In this document: positions 40,504-53,732 of the stretch, piece by piece
Numbering within the stretch: position 1 is the stretch's first letter
Layout: the number at the start of each line of letters is the position of its first letter
Origin: Vermamoeba vermiformis
Lineage: Eukaryota
DNA length: 64,000 nucleotides
Direction of reading: 5' to 3'
Assembly (NCBI GenBank): GCA_045837725.1
Contig: JBEWZL010000013.1
Coordinates: 496,001 to 560,000 of the forward strand
The notes under the pieces: generated by a model
Told to the model about the DNA's origin: nothing
What the model saw: only the letters and a program-made list of their open reading frames with translations
Database searches by the model: none
Program-made: the position numbers and the translations under genes

Positions 40504-43002
40504 TTAAAAGTTGGGTTTGAAGATTGAAAGCGGATGTGCCTCAGTGTTGAACACGTACTTGTCGAGAGGAATGTACTTGTCAGGCGAGAACAACAAATAC
40601 AAGTACTTAAGAGTCTCGGCCAAGAAGAAGCTCTGTTGCATGTCGTCCTTGATCGGGTGGCTAATAGTGACGTCTCTTAGGCCCGTGTACCCTTCGCTCG
40701 CCTTGCAATGTTTTTCAATGGCCTCGAAGATCTCCCAGCCCCAGTCACGGTACTTTTGTTCTCCCGTGAATCTCCACATATAGAACAATGTTTCAACGGT
40801 CTCGGGACGCATGATATAAGCACGTGCATCGCCCATTGGCGGGTTGAGCGCTTCAGATTCCACGTCAACATTGACGTACTCAGGCGATAGACCGCTAGCC
40901 ATGCCGTGATACATCTCATAGCAGAACTTGGCGATACCAGCACCAGCTTCCATGTGCGTCTTTCTGCAAGATTTTTCGAAGATTAGTACACGATGACAAG
41001 TAGCACGTGATCATAGACGTACCTAATCTCGGGGTTGTCAGAGTGAAGAGCACCTAAGGCCAACATACCACCAGTGAAACAAGCCAAGTGATCGTGTTTG
41101 TGCATCTTTCGGCCGTTGTTGTACTCAGCGACGTAGAACATATCTTTGCGCGGCAACTTTTGACCCATGATTTTGTAAATAGCATCAGCGGACTCGTAGT
41201 ACATGTCACGGTAAAGCGGCTTAGTCTTGCCAAATAGCAACCACAACTTCAACAAGTACTCGTAGAAACTGTCGCCCATAGCTCCAAGTGAGACATCTGA
41301 AGGCCGTTAATCAATAAATACTCATTAAAATGTTTTAACGTTCATCGGTACTTACGTCCACCTCTGAATTTAGCGGAGGGAGCGACCTCGACGTACATGG
41401 GGTACAGTGAGTCAGAAGGTTTGATTTTGTGCAACACGTCCATGACCTTCAAGGCAGTTTCAGCATAGATGCTGTTGTTCACATACTGCGACAAGTACGC
41501 GAACTCCATTTGCATCGTGCCGACCTCGGCCAAGATGGCAGCACCACCAGTCCAAGTAGGCAAAGAAGTGGCGCCAGTGTGCAAGTTGACACTCGCTTTA
41601 GGCAAGCCACTTGGTGTATTGAAAGCGGGCATGAGCTTCTTAGCACACTCTTCAGCTTTGCGCAAGAAAAGTTCGTCGCCAGTGAAATCGTACACGGTCA
41701 ACAAACCACCGACCATACGAATGTTGGTCTCGAAAACTGACACACTAACGTCCTTTAATCACGCGAGTTAGTATTCACGTATGTCAAGCTGAATTAGTGC
41801 TTACTCTATCGAAATCCAATTTGTCACGAACCCAATCACGAGCACGAGAGAAACGGTCTTCAAGGCCCATAATCAACATGGTGTCAAGACTGTCAACAAT
41901 AGTCAAGCCCATATTCAACCAGTTAGCACCTAGTACAAGCTATTAGACTACCGTATTATTGAATAGCAATGGCACGTACATTGCTTGGATGAAGGACGGA
42001 ACTCGTCTTGACCAAAGCAGTGGTTTTCGTAACCATCATACGCGTGCACAAAAGCCTGAAGACCATCGTGTTAACTCGAAGTGGAACAATAAAATGAACG
42101 AAATAAAGAATAGCGAACGAAAATTGAATGAATGAAACCGTTAAGGACCGTACCTTCTTTACGGCCTCGCGACGCATGATGTTTTCTTTGTCTTCACCGA
42201 GCTCAGGCTCAACAACAACATCGTGTCGCTTAACAAACTTGTACTTGTTGTGATTAGTGTTAGTATTGTGATTGTCTCCCTTGGTCTTGTGCTCGTCTTT
42301 CTTTGGATCTGTTTCGGTCTTGTATGGATCCACGTACTCGTTTTGTTTTTTGTCCTCGTTTTTATCTTTATAGGGATCCTCTCCAACACCATCGTTATTG
42401 TTCTTTTTGTCGTCTGTGTTGTGCTGGTTCGCCTTAGGCTTGTTTTTGGTTTGCTCACGTAGCGCGTCTTCGTCGACAGAAATGTCCTTAATGATGGCCG
42501 TAATTTCTAAAAACGATTTTCAATGTTAGATAAATATTAACAGCGGTTTTATTTCAAATTGAATGATCTGGAGGAATAATTCCAGCCAACAAATATTTAT
42601 AATAATATTTTGCCATCTATAATTTTTTTGTTGCTACTAGTTGCAAGAGCTTACATTAAATAAGAAAAAAAATCGTAATTGTTAAAAAAATAGTTTGAAT
42701 CTGTTGAAGAAGATTCTTGTAGTCAATTAATTATTACAATATGCGCGATATTACACTAAATATTATTAAGGATAACTTTGCACAATAAATACCTCAAAAT
42801 ACAATAATTATTTAAAATTGCAGATTTACTTACTGTCGTCATTAATCGGGTTATCAATGCTCGTTATAACAACCAACGATAGCAAACTAATCAAAAATAA
42901 AGTCACCAGAGATAAAAGAACTTTATGTCCAGTGATCCTTCGCCAAGCGGATCTCCCTTGTCTCGCAGGAGGCCGCGGTTGATTCATCGTAGTAGGCAAC
43001 AT
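40504..43002 (-). CDS. Class I alpha-1,2-mannosidase (GH47), type II membrane protein
   Basis: N-terminal TM; TIVDSLDT; SVFETNIRMVGGLL; DSFYEYLLK; HLACFTGG; RPETVETLFY; QSFFLAETLKYLYLLF; FNTEAHP. Confidence 0.95.
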
Positions 43003-43164
43003 GATGAATACAAGCTTTTGCTAATTGTATGAATGGGGCGATACAACTGGCAAAAAGTTAAACTTGCTGACTACGTCATCCGTCAAAACGGCGAGTGACC
43101 AAAAAAGGTCAATGGATGCCAAAAAAAAGGGATAATCCTATGAACTACAATCGACTGTCTTTAT

Positions 43165-46100
43165 TTATGCCACCATCGTCTGTTGACTATTTGTTTCTGC
43201 TAATACAGGAAGTTTGATAGCGGTCCAGCCATTTTCTGCATTACTTCCTTCAAAGAATTGCAAGTCGTCTCGATCTCGTGTAATAGTTCTCTCTTCCCTA
43301 AACTCTTCGTCGGATAATTTGTTGCAAAGGTCCGAAGCCAACAATTTCATACGCGAGATCCTTATGAAAACTGGTTAGAAATGCAATTGATTGTATATTA
43401 TTATTATAATTATAATGGCGGTATCGAATACTATCAAAAACAATATTAGAAATCAATTCCAGATTGCATGGCAATTTTCACAGTGATATAAAAGGAAAGT
43501 CTGTTTAAAAATAGTCCGATACAGATGAATCCGATCAAAAATAAATACGAGTAGCACAATAATATAACATACCAAGGCAAGCCAAGACCGAAGCACTCTA
43601 TGAACTCGAAGTTATGTTGCAGCTCTTCATCCTTGTGTTTTGAAAAGACAAGCCGTAAACTCGTGTAAAACGATGCTTCTTTTTGATATTCTTCGAGTAT
43701 CTGCTGGAACGCTAACGCGCCATTCACCATAATCATGTCATCTATTCGACCTGTCAAGATCTGAAAAATGGCAGAGCAGTACTTCGACCAGAGGACACAA
43801 AATGGGGTCAAGTCTGCTATCTCGTCGATCTCTTTGGTAAATTCGGAGGTAACACCAATAAATTTGTCGAGAAAGTTGGAATCCAACGCCAAACGGACTG
43901 GATCCGGAAGTGCATCTTGTTCTATTATGGTCAAAAACTCCAATCCTTTTCTTTTTAAAGCCAGCCTTCTCTCCGTGGTATTTTTGAGCTCTTCTATATA
44001 CGACTTGAGCGAGACACGAGACTTGTCCATTGTTTGCAATAAAATTCTCCTAATGCAGTAAGTAATTGTTAATTTGATTACAAAAATAGGCAAATAATTT
44101 TCTAGGCAATAATTAGTAAATTACTTCCTTTTTTAGGTGGCACAATCTAAAATAATATTTTTGTATTATAACGAAGACAGGTCAATCACGATTCAAATTA
44201 GATTCTATTGCCGTTTAAATTATAATTTGCGTGTATTCTTATATTAGTACTAACACAATAGGTTTTTCGTTACCTGTTAGTAAGCTGTTGTGGTGTCAAG
44301 CATCCAAAAATGTTGCAAATCCAATAGCCTCGAATGTCGAAACCAATGTTTCCTCTCATTTCGGTTGGTAGCACCATATAAATAATATTTACACGGATTC
44401 CAAACGCGGCTCGATCCATCCACAAGCGCAAAACTACCAAGAGTATCACTCCAGTAGGCACTACTTCTTGCTCTTGCGCAAAAATTTCGTCTTCAGCTTT
44501 GTCGATTCATCAATAAAATCAAATGCGGGTCCTTTTTCTGGCTTTTTGTGCTCTTGATTCATCCAGACGCGGATTTTCGCTTCGAAGTCGCCCCATCCGG
44601 TAGCCTTCGCGGTTCCGTTTATCCATTGGCTGACCATCGTTTCACTAGCATAATGACGTGTTATAGACATTCAATTCAACGCATTAAACTCATTTAATTA
44701 CCTGCAGCCAACATCCAAGGCAAGAGACTTCTGGTTCAATTCGTATTGCTTTAGCACGTCCTTGACCATCTCGGTCAACTCTAATTCAACAAATTTGAGT
44801 ATTTAGCTAATTAGCGAGACACAATCCAATAAAACTTACGAGGATCCGGTAATTTCTCGGCTTTGTTCTTCCCTAAAATTACGTTAGTAACTCCGACGTC
44901 GCTAATCACGATAGACTTACTCCGGGTGCGCTTTTTGCGATTAAAATCAAACGTTTCGTTGATAAATTTGGTCGTAGGGATGACGGATGGTCTGGTGCGC
45001 TCTTGGTTGTTTGACCGAGAGTGCTGCGAGGTATTCGAATTAGAATGGTCTGACTCGGGTGGTGAAGGCGAGCCACTCAATAATTCTTGAACTTGCATTG
45101 TGTTGTTATTAGAGATGGCAATATTTTTTTCATCTGCTATTTTTGGAGGATTTTGGATGTGCTGCAGCATGACCGGAGGAGGGTGGATGCCCCATCCGAA
45201 TGACATGGTCGGTTGCATAAATTGCGGCATATGCTGATATTGCTCATATTCTCTTGGTTTACTATAATTTGGGAAATTTGTCTGTTGTGGTTGCTCTGAA
45301 GGCGGATTGAAATTGGGATGAGAGTATGACATGATGCGATCCACCTGAAAAAACAGATCCGTTAGCGATAATTGCAATTACGATGATTTTAATTCAAAAA
45401 TTCAAAATTAATCCACTTGGCGATTTCAAGAATCCAGCATTAATTTGCATTCCGTAGCGCTTGGATTGAGCGATAGGTCAATTACCAATTTTATCAAAAA
45501 TTTCGTTGTTTATTGTTATTGGAGTTATTGTGTTCAGTCTGGCGCGCGCTTGAAAAATAAGACAGATGGCGCCATTTTAATTTTACACCCCAACATGTTG
45601 TGGTACCACTAATAATTTCTATCTATTGCGATCCAGACAACTATAATGTTTATCTGTAATCATGGTAATTTCAAGATTGCTGGATGTGACCCAGCAAGAC
45701 ACGTGGAGTGCGCTATAAAGACAGGACGGAACAAAAATCCGAGTACCAATCCAATTCTTTATGATGCTCTTCCAAGGAACGATGTCCTGCCTACTTTTCG
45801 AGCCGAATTTTTGAAACTAAGCTCTTTTGCGGGCGAAATCCGGTATTTAAATAACATTTAAAGCCAGCACATCCAGATTTCTAGCGCTAACGTAACCATC
45901 CAATTATAACCGAATAAAAAAAGTTTTAGTACATAATTTTAATGGCAACAGTAATAGCGGGATTGGTTTCAGAATGATTTCAAAAAAACGGAATGGTAAT
46001 TTAGGAATTTGAGAAAGTAATTGAGACCTTGCTGTAATTAGTTTAACCATCTTACCATTTGAGGGGAAGGATGCGACACGAATTGCTGCTGTGGTTGCTC

Positions 46101-46334
46101 TAAAATCAGACTTCTTGGGGTATCCGAATCTGTCCTTTGGTTTAGTCCAGACAGATTGACGCTGAAAAAAAAAAATGGTTAGATCAATCCTTATGTCATC
46201 ATAAATATTCTTAAAAATAGGTAGGTTTTGGTAGGGATCTTTTCATTGCATCAAATGAAATTATACCAGTTTACGAGCTTGTCATAAGCGGACGTCCCAC
46301 CATCCTGAAGATAATCCTCGGATGTATTATGCAT
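43165..46334 (-). CDS. Putative transcription regulator (Q/P-rich N-terminus, NLS, Cro/C1-XRE-like helix-turn-helix, helical C-terminal domain); frameshift near 44485
   Basis: Phase-compatible exons run from ATG 46334. RKKRTR is NLS-like. Spliced LKQYELNQKSLALDVGCSETMVSQWING fits an HTH. Confidence 0.6.
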
Positions 46335-46758
46335 CAACGATGAGGGACGTCATTGGGTCTTGTGGTTAATAACAGAGATGGAAGGCAGTCGAATGGCAAT
46401 GACCAAGATGGATTTCAAAAATCCAACCTGCCCATTAATGGTCTGTGTTACTTTGGGGTACCTGACATGGTGTTTACAGGCAAGCAACGGGTTTTCTATT
46501 CTTGTCGACTTTATCGGTAATGCTTGTATTGTGCTGACATAACAATACTGTTTCAAAAAGTGGTTGGATTAACGAATCTGACGAACAAGCATGTTTCGGG
46601 GTTCGTTTTTACGGTAAAAATCATACTCTTCCTTTCTATGAAGGCTCTGTTCGGGGTAAATGTTGCTTTTTGTGGTTGTGACACTGCTCGATCAACGAAA
46701 GCAGATACGATATCTCAACTCATTTTTTATTAAAACCAAAAATTGCGTCCATAATACT

Positions 46759-49700
46759 TTAATTTAGGAAAGGATTGTATGTAGAAGGCTGCTGAGTCGG
46801 TTTTTGAGGGGATGTCACAGCGACTTGCGTGGTTGCACCTGTTCCTTGCACTAAAAATGGGTTGCTTGAAGAAGTAGGCACTGGATTCATTGTAGGTGTC
46901 GATCCAACAGTGGGGAAGAAGAGATTGCCATTCGAGGTCGCACTGGGGACCGTTGGACCAACGCTCAATCTTTGTTGGCTAGTACCAGCATTCAAGTTCA
47001 ATTGCGAGTTGAAGTTGTTGGTCAACACATCAAAAGTAGGTTGTGGGGTAGTCACGCCTAACGGACCAGTCTGTACGGGTGCAGGATTTGTTGCAGGAGC
47101 AACGAACGGATTCATGTTGGGTTGCGATTTGGCGGTGCTCTACATAGGCAATATTAACTCTCAAGGTATTCATAACATAATATAATCATTTGGGGACTTA
47201 CGAAAAACTCATCTACACTGGTGTTGTTGGTATTCTTGGAGTACTACAGTAACAAAAGTCGTTAGAACACGTGTGCACAACGAACATTAACGTACGTTAT
47301 TTTGAACTGGCGGGCTGAAAATAGTGGGCTGTTGGTTGTTTCCTGCAAACCCCCAATCGAGCGAAGGCTAAGTAAATATAAGTAAGCACTAAGAAGCCTG
47401 AGTTAAGAATGCGGATGTGGACGTACGTTGGATGCGGCAGTGGCAGAAAAGACTTTAGTCTCGAATGGTGCCTTATTCTTAGGTGAAGTGTTGCCCGATG
47501 CTCCGCCAGTCGAGTTCTTTCTCCAGTCGCCAGAGCTGTTCAACTACAATGAACGGAGAATTAATTTTCCAATTTTGGATCGTAATCGTAACTTCGGAAC
47601 GGACGATATTAATGGTGTACTGTTACGCACTCGCTTCTATAACGCCATAATGCACGTTGTTATTGACTATCATGTACTTACGTTCTTACGAGGCATAGCA
47701 GGACTTTCTCCGCCATGAGACAACTGCTTTGTAAGTGGCTTTGGTCGGCCAGCAGGCAATGAATCGCGCAAGTCATAGCCCTTCATGATATCGTCATCGA
47801 CCTGCAACAAATATCATGTTACGTATCCGTTCAAATAACGAGCAGAATGAGAGATCAAGAACTTACCTCACCAGAAGACTCCGAAGCTGACGAATCCTGA
47901 TAATAATAATATCAGTCCGATATTCATAATAATAAGTCGATTAACTGATTGGCTCAAAATGCTTTGCGTGGATTTACAATTGCCGAATTTGGATGCGGTG
48001 CTGCAAGCACTATATACGTACACTATCACCACCAGGGAATGCGTCCTTCAAGTCATAAGGCGCTGGCTCAGCGTCAGGAATGTACTCGTCGAACGAAACG
48101 GATTCGCTCGGGTTAGTCGAAGTGTGGCTAGCAGGGCCATCTTCCATCGGCAAAGTAGCAATATGCTTAGTGAATGTATCGATAAGATGAGTAGCGACCT
48201 ATAGTAGAGCAGATCCGTTAGCAAAACAGTTTACCAATAAAATTTAACTAAACTTGACAAACCGGATGCAGTTTGATTAAATTTGGAAATAGAGTTCTAT
48301 AATAAGCATTTACCTTATTAATCTCGGGCAAGTTACGAGCAAACGAGCGACCGACTTCGTACATAGCAATCAACGCATCTGTCTCGCGCACGAACAACTT
48401 GTAGATCTCCAAGACCTTTTCAGCTTCGCTTCTTCGGAGTTTGGTAAACACATCTGGAAATAATATCGTAAGATCGTAATACCAAGCGGAGTTTGATCCG
48501 GAAGAAAAGGCAAACAATAAAGAAAACAGAAAATGTAGCTGTTTTCTCGGGTCAATAATATTACGAGCAATAGAGCTACTATCAGTCATGCGTAAATAAG
48601 TTCTCCGCTGCAAAAGAAGAACTCGTGCAATAAAAAGCATGGCACGGCATCGAGAATTCGCGCTTTGCTTGCTTTCTTCTTCGCAATTAACTTTCAGAAT
48701 AATGTATACGCAAGCAAATAGCCGCAATTTGTATGTTAATATATAATGTTGCTATCGATTTGAGAATACATAATTATCAAATTTCCAAAAAAAAAGTTCC
48801 TCTCTACTTTTGAAGCGGATACTCGAACGTTCGCATGATAATAAGAATGCGACATTATGACTGTATTATGTATATATGACCAGGTGCGCAGTACTTACTA
48901 ATGAGAGCGAGCACGCCAGAATTGAGCATTGGATAGACCGTCAAACTGTCGCGCAACATCATCATCAGCGCTGCAATAACCAACGTGTTGCCTCCAATAT
49001 ATTGAGCACGAAGCTATAAATGACATTAATATGAGTAAGATATCTTTAATAATAACATTGCCGATGCAAGTAATTTCTCGAGATATGCGTAAAATTGATA
49101 TTGCAAGTCTTTTCGTGTGAAACGGCAGAAATTTATACCACGCAACCGAAAATCTTATTTAAGTGCGATATGAATAATAAATTACAATTCAAACTCAAAA
49201 TTTTGCTCGGACAAGCAAAATATTGTTTTGGATCACTAAAAATTGTACCGAGCGAATTAGCAACTCGATTACACTTATAAAACGCAATTATAGACATCGT
49301 ATTATATATAAACCATAATGAGCTACTTACTCTGCAATTGAGCAAAGCGTTGAATTGTGATTGTAACTTGGGCACCTGTTTGATCAATGCATCGACTGAG
49401 GCGTTCTTAAATGCGTCGTGGTTCTTTTCAAACTGCAAATTTAACAAGCGGAACACGCTCACTTTTTCATCGAGGTACTTGGCGTATTTGCGAACGAATA
49501 TGACGTACACGTTATCTAAAAAAAATAAGAATATCGATTAGTATCTTATAAATAATATTATCAAGATCGTAAATATTATATAAAAATCGACTATAAAGGT
49601 GATTGATCTTGACTAATAATTTTGCAAGTTGAGTACCGTTACGAAATTTTTTTGCTCGATCGGAACAATCAAACAATCAAAAAAGCTTCCTTTTGTGAGC

Positions 49701-50375
49701 ATCATAATTGTAATATATTATATTAATGAAATTGATGATAAAGAAGGAATTCCGTTCAAGATCCGCTCGAAAAATTTCGAAAGATTACAGCGCCTTTGTA
49801 GTACGTACTAGGATTGCCTGTAAAATTGCGTAACGCAAATAAAGCGTGGGCCTTATTTTTCAAACTCTCCATAAAGAACTGATCTCCTTCGCGCATGATC
49901 TTATGGAATACCATCAGCGTTTTGAGAATAACCTACAACGAGATTAACCGATTAGACATCGATAATAAATATTGTCATAATATTTAATGATATATTTGCT
50001 ATAATACGACGTTATTAATCATTACTAAACTAGTTTTCGTGATAATAACACTACAATCCGGAAAAATAACTATTTGAGACCTACCACCCAATTATTCTTC
50101 ATAAATCGTCTGTGTAATTGAGAAATAATATCTTCGATGCTCTCTCGAGCGAAGGTAGCCAAAACGAGTCCTTATAATTGATAATTAATTATTTTTCAAT
50201 TTAGATGGAATTAATAAATAACGGTTAGTTGGTATTTGGTTCTTTACTGCTGTATTATTAATATGGTAATTTAATACGCACTCTTGACATGCTTCTCCTT
50301 TGGAGGACTCCAACTAGTTCTCGTAGCCTTCTTGACGGCGCTCTTGATAGATTTGCGTGAGGATTTGGACGACAT
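46759..50375 (-). CDS. ANTH-domain clathrin assembly protein (AP180/CALM-like)
   Basis: AVKKATRTSWSPPKEKHV; LKTLMVFHKIMREG; FVRKYAKYLDEKV; ANTH helical exons; disordered tail with NPF motifs ending YNPFLN. Confidence 0.9.
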
Positions 50376-50549
50376 TCTGATAAATCACGCCTTAAGTACA
50401 CGTCAATTGCTTATCAAGTGATTTTAAAAATGTAATCAAATTCCGTCGCTGCGCATTTTTTTCTTTCGTAAAGTTGATAAAATTTTACCGTGCGGATCTC
50501 GAGTTGCGTTTCACCTTTTTTACGCACGAAAGTAATTAATACACCAAAT

Positions 50550-51051
50550 ATGAGTCGAAGAAACCAAGCATATGAAAATAAGCCTTCACAATTGGCTTTG
50601 GACGTCGAACAAGAGTTGATCGAGAACAACAACTCGGATGTGTTCAATGCAATGATGCAAAAGGCCTCGTCAAATTGTTTTTTGGCGTGCACTAATCCTA
50701 CTTCGGGCAAATTGTTGAGCGGCACTGAGAAGAACTGCCTTACAAAGTGTTTGAAAAGTTATATTGAAGCTCAAGGCATTGTTGGCGATACTTATTACAA
50801 AAATATTCAAGAAAAGACTAACGTAAGTAATACTACGATTATTGTATATTTTTTAGCAATTTTTGTTCCGTTTACAAACAGATCCGTGCAAATTAATTTT
50901 GTAAATAATTCTAGCATGAACTCACGTCATAACATCAGGCCTATTTCATAATTATATGATTCATTATACTATTTAATAATGCTAATAATTTATTTTGTAG
51001 AAAACACTGGCTAGAATTGATAAATACACGGATGACGTCTTTTCTCAATAA
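50550..51051 (+). CDS. Small Tim mitochondrial intermembrane-space chaperone (twin CX3C)
   Basis: FNAMMQKASSNCFLAC...LSGTEKNCLTKCLKSY; second exon starts at 51001. Confidence 0.85.
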
Positions 51052-51508
51052 GACAGCACTCCTTCACTTGTGTTTTTGCGAATAAATGCGATAATGTACA
51101 GTTTATATCACTAAATAGCGAACTTCATCCATATGGCACGAGGACAAACGCAGATTAAGCTCGTTACGTTTGAAGTTCGACAACCAAGCTGGAAAGCATT
51201 CACTAGCTGCAGCTTCCACTTACCTGATTTAATACACGAGTGAGAATATCATGCTAGTGTAACCATCGCTAAGGTAAGTGCAGCAACGCACATCTGGAAT
51301 ACCACGAAGAAATCTGGCTTCAAACCGACCAAATCAAAGCCGTTACAATAATAGTGCAATGTACTACATATGTATAGCCTTGAGAAGTGGTATTCAAATA
51401 AGAATCGTTCGGCTAACAGAGGCTTGCGAAGGAAATTTTGGCTTGATTTTTTTTGCTCGGTTGAACAATTATTCAAATCAATTTTATTATAAGAGAGACA
51501 ACCACAAT

Positions 51509-53518
51509 ATGCCTCTTTCTGAATACACCGTCCCACCGGTGCAAGAATTGCACGTTCCTAAGACGGACGGCGTTCCACGCGATAAAATATGCACCGTAAC
51601 GAATCAAGCCTCGATGGCTGGCATCTTGACTCAAATCACGTTAATCACGTCTTATGCTAATGAAATGTTTGGAAATTTGGTCAAGGAAGCAACGGAGACC
51701 TATTCAAAGATTAAAGACCTCTCTCAACGCACCCAAAAATTGCGCCATGGTCTTCCCGAGATGGAGCAATTTTTTTCTGCCAGCGACATTATTTCTCAAA
51801 TGAGCTCGGCTAAGCGTTCTGCTTATGTCTCCAAGAACGACGAGAAGTCCAATTTGTTCGATAGAGAATCAATTCCTCACGCTTTGCAAACGATTTACGA
51901 TGCCAAATGTAAACCGCCTCCAAAGCTCCACTTGCTCGATCCTTATGCTGACGATGGCAAGCCTGTGCTCACCAAGTACACCTATCCTCAGTTCTTCTTG
52001 GACGAATGGATTGCTGAACAGCAAAAGCAAGTCGAAATCTTGAAGGCTGAAAGAAGACAACGTCGTAAGGATCGTGCTGCTCGTCGTCGTGAGAAGGCGG
52101 GCAAGGAAGGACCTGATCCATTGAAGCCTCAAGTGCGTAAATTGAGAAAAGTACGCTATGACCCTCAAACTGGTGAGCGTATCATTGAAGAGGAAGATGC
52201 GACCGGTAAGTGACTTACAACACGCTCCTTTTGATTTTATTACAATATTTCATGCTTTAAAAAATACCACTTGCAACATATTACGATAATAAGCCTTAAA
52301 GAAGTAGTTTTAAATATCTTTTTTGCTCCATCTGAAATTCCATCTCGTCTCAATTTAGTTTTCTAACGTTATTTTTACTCATAGTTGCCCCTACTCCTCG
52401 AACTTTGGCTACCCAGCCATCCAGTGCTGGCGAGGACCGCAAGGACAAGCGCACCAGTGTTCGCAAGCAAGGCCGCACTGACATGACCACATCCGCACCC
52501 GCGCAACAACCGACCACGCCTCGCACTCCTAGAGGTGATCCTAACGCGCAAACTGGTGCACCGTTGCCTCCTAGCGTGCCTCCACCACCTTTGCCTAATA
52601 TCGCTCCTCCTCCACCAATTTCTCAGCCGCGTAAGTCCTTGCAACTACTACATCCAAATCTGAAAATTATCATCTCCTTCGAGTTTAGCCATATTAATAC
52701 TATGATATAATACAACAATAACACGTGTATTAATATATATATTCGCAGCTCCATTGCCGCAAGACAGCTACGTGCCACCGCCGCTCAACATTCCTCCGCC
52801 ACTACCCTCGAACATGCCCGCCCCGCTGTTGATGGAAGAGGACATGGGCAGTGCACCACCACCACCGCCACCTCCACTCAACATCAGCATGCCGTCCATC
52901 AGCGAAGAGATTGTTGACTACGATGCACCACCACCTCCTCCAGTCCCCGCGCTCAACACCAATAGTCCGAGTAAGTCCTATTACATATTGTTATTATATA
53001 GACCTACGCACTAGCGAGGTGAAGACGTGGTCCGATTGAAAGAGCGCATTGACTGACCGTGAAAAATTGTAGTGAGACAGCCTGGTTTGAGCGTGTCAGG
53101 TGCAGTCCCGCCACCACCTCCGCCACCCATGATGCTCGACGACGGTGCTCCCACGCCCTCATTCGGTGTGCCAGTGCCACCTCCTCCACCAATGGCCAGT
53201 TCTGACACGAGCGGCAGCAGTGGTGACTTGATGTCGCAAATTCAAAACGCCAAGTTGAGATCCGCAGCTGCCAATGCTGACGCTCCCAAGAAAGAGAAGC
53301 CGCAAGATATGCGCAGTAATTTGTTGGAAAGCATTCGTCAAGGCATGGCGTTGAAGTCGGCCAATGAGCGCAAAGTCCCCGAGAAAGAAGCTGACAAGCC
53401 CCAAGAGACTGCCAACATGAGTGTCGCGCAGATCTTGGCTCGTCGTATTGCTATCATTGGAGGCGATTCTGACTCTGAATCTGAAGGTGAAGACAACAAC
53501 GACGAGTGGTCCGATTAA
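51509..53518 (+). CDS. scrA: SCAR/WAVE Arp2/3 activator
   Basis: SHD (ANEMFGNL, PPPKLHLLDPY...YTYPQFFLDEW), basic region, polyproline, WH2 (RSNLLESIRQGMALK), C helix VAQILARRIAI and acidic DEWSD end. Confidence 0.95.
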
Positions 53519-53732
53519 GCGGATGTACCTGTCCATGTCACGCTTGGATCTTGGTCAATTTATATCTTGTTGATGTGTCTCCGACGTGAACATCAATCAG
53601 ACGTTTATATCGTTGAGCTGCTTTAAGAATAAATCCAATTCTAGCGTTGTTTTTCACCCTTGTTGCCCAAGTTTTTTTTTGGAAAAAAAGGAGGGGGCAA
53701 ACAAAAGTAATTTCAGACCAAATTAGACCCAA

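Noticed and set aside
46290-46351. GACGTCCC...GGGACGTC inverted repeat as a possible ncRNA hairpin
   Set aside because: The stem is only 8 bp and overlaps the inferred first coding exon of the HTH gene.
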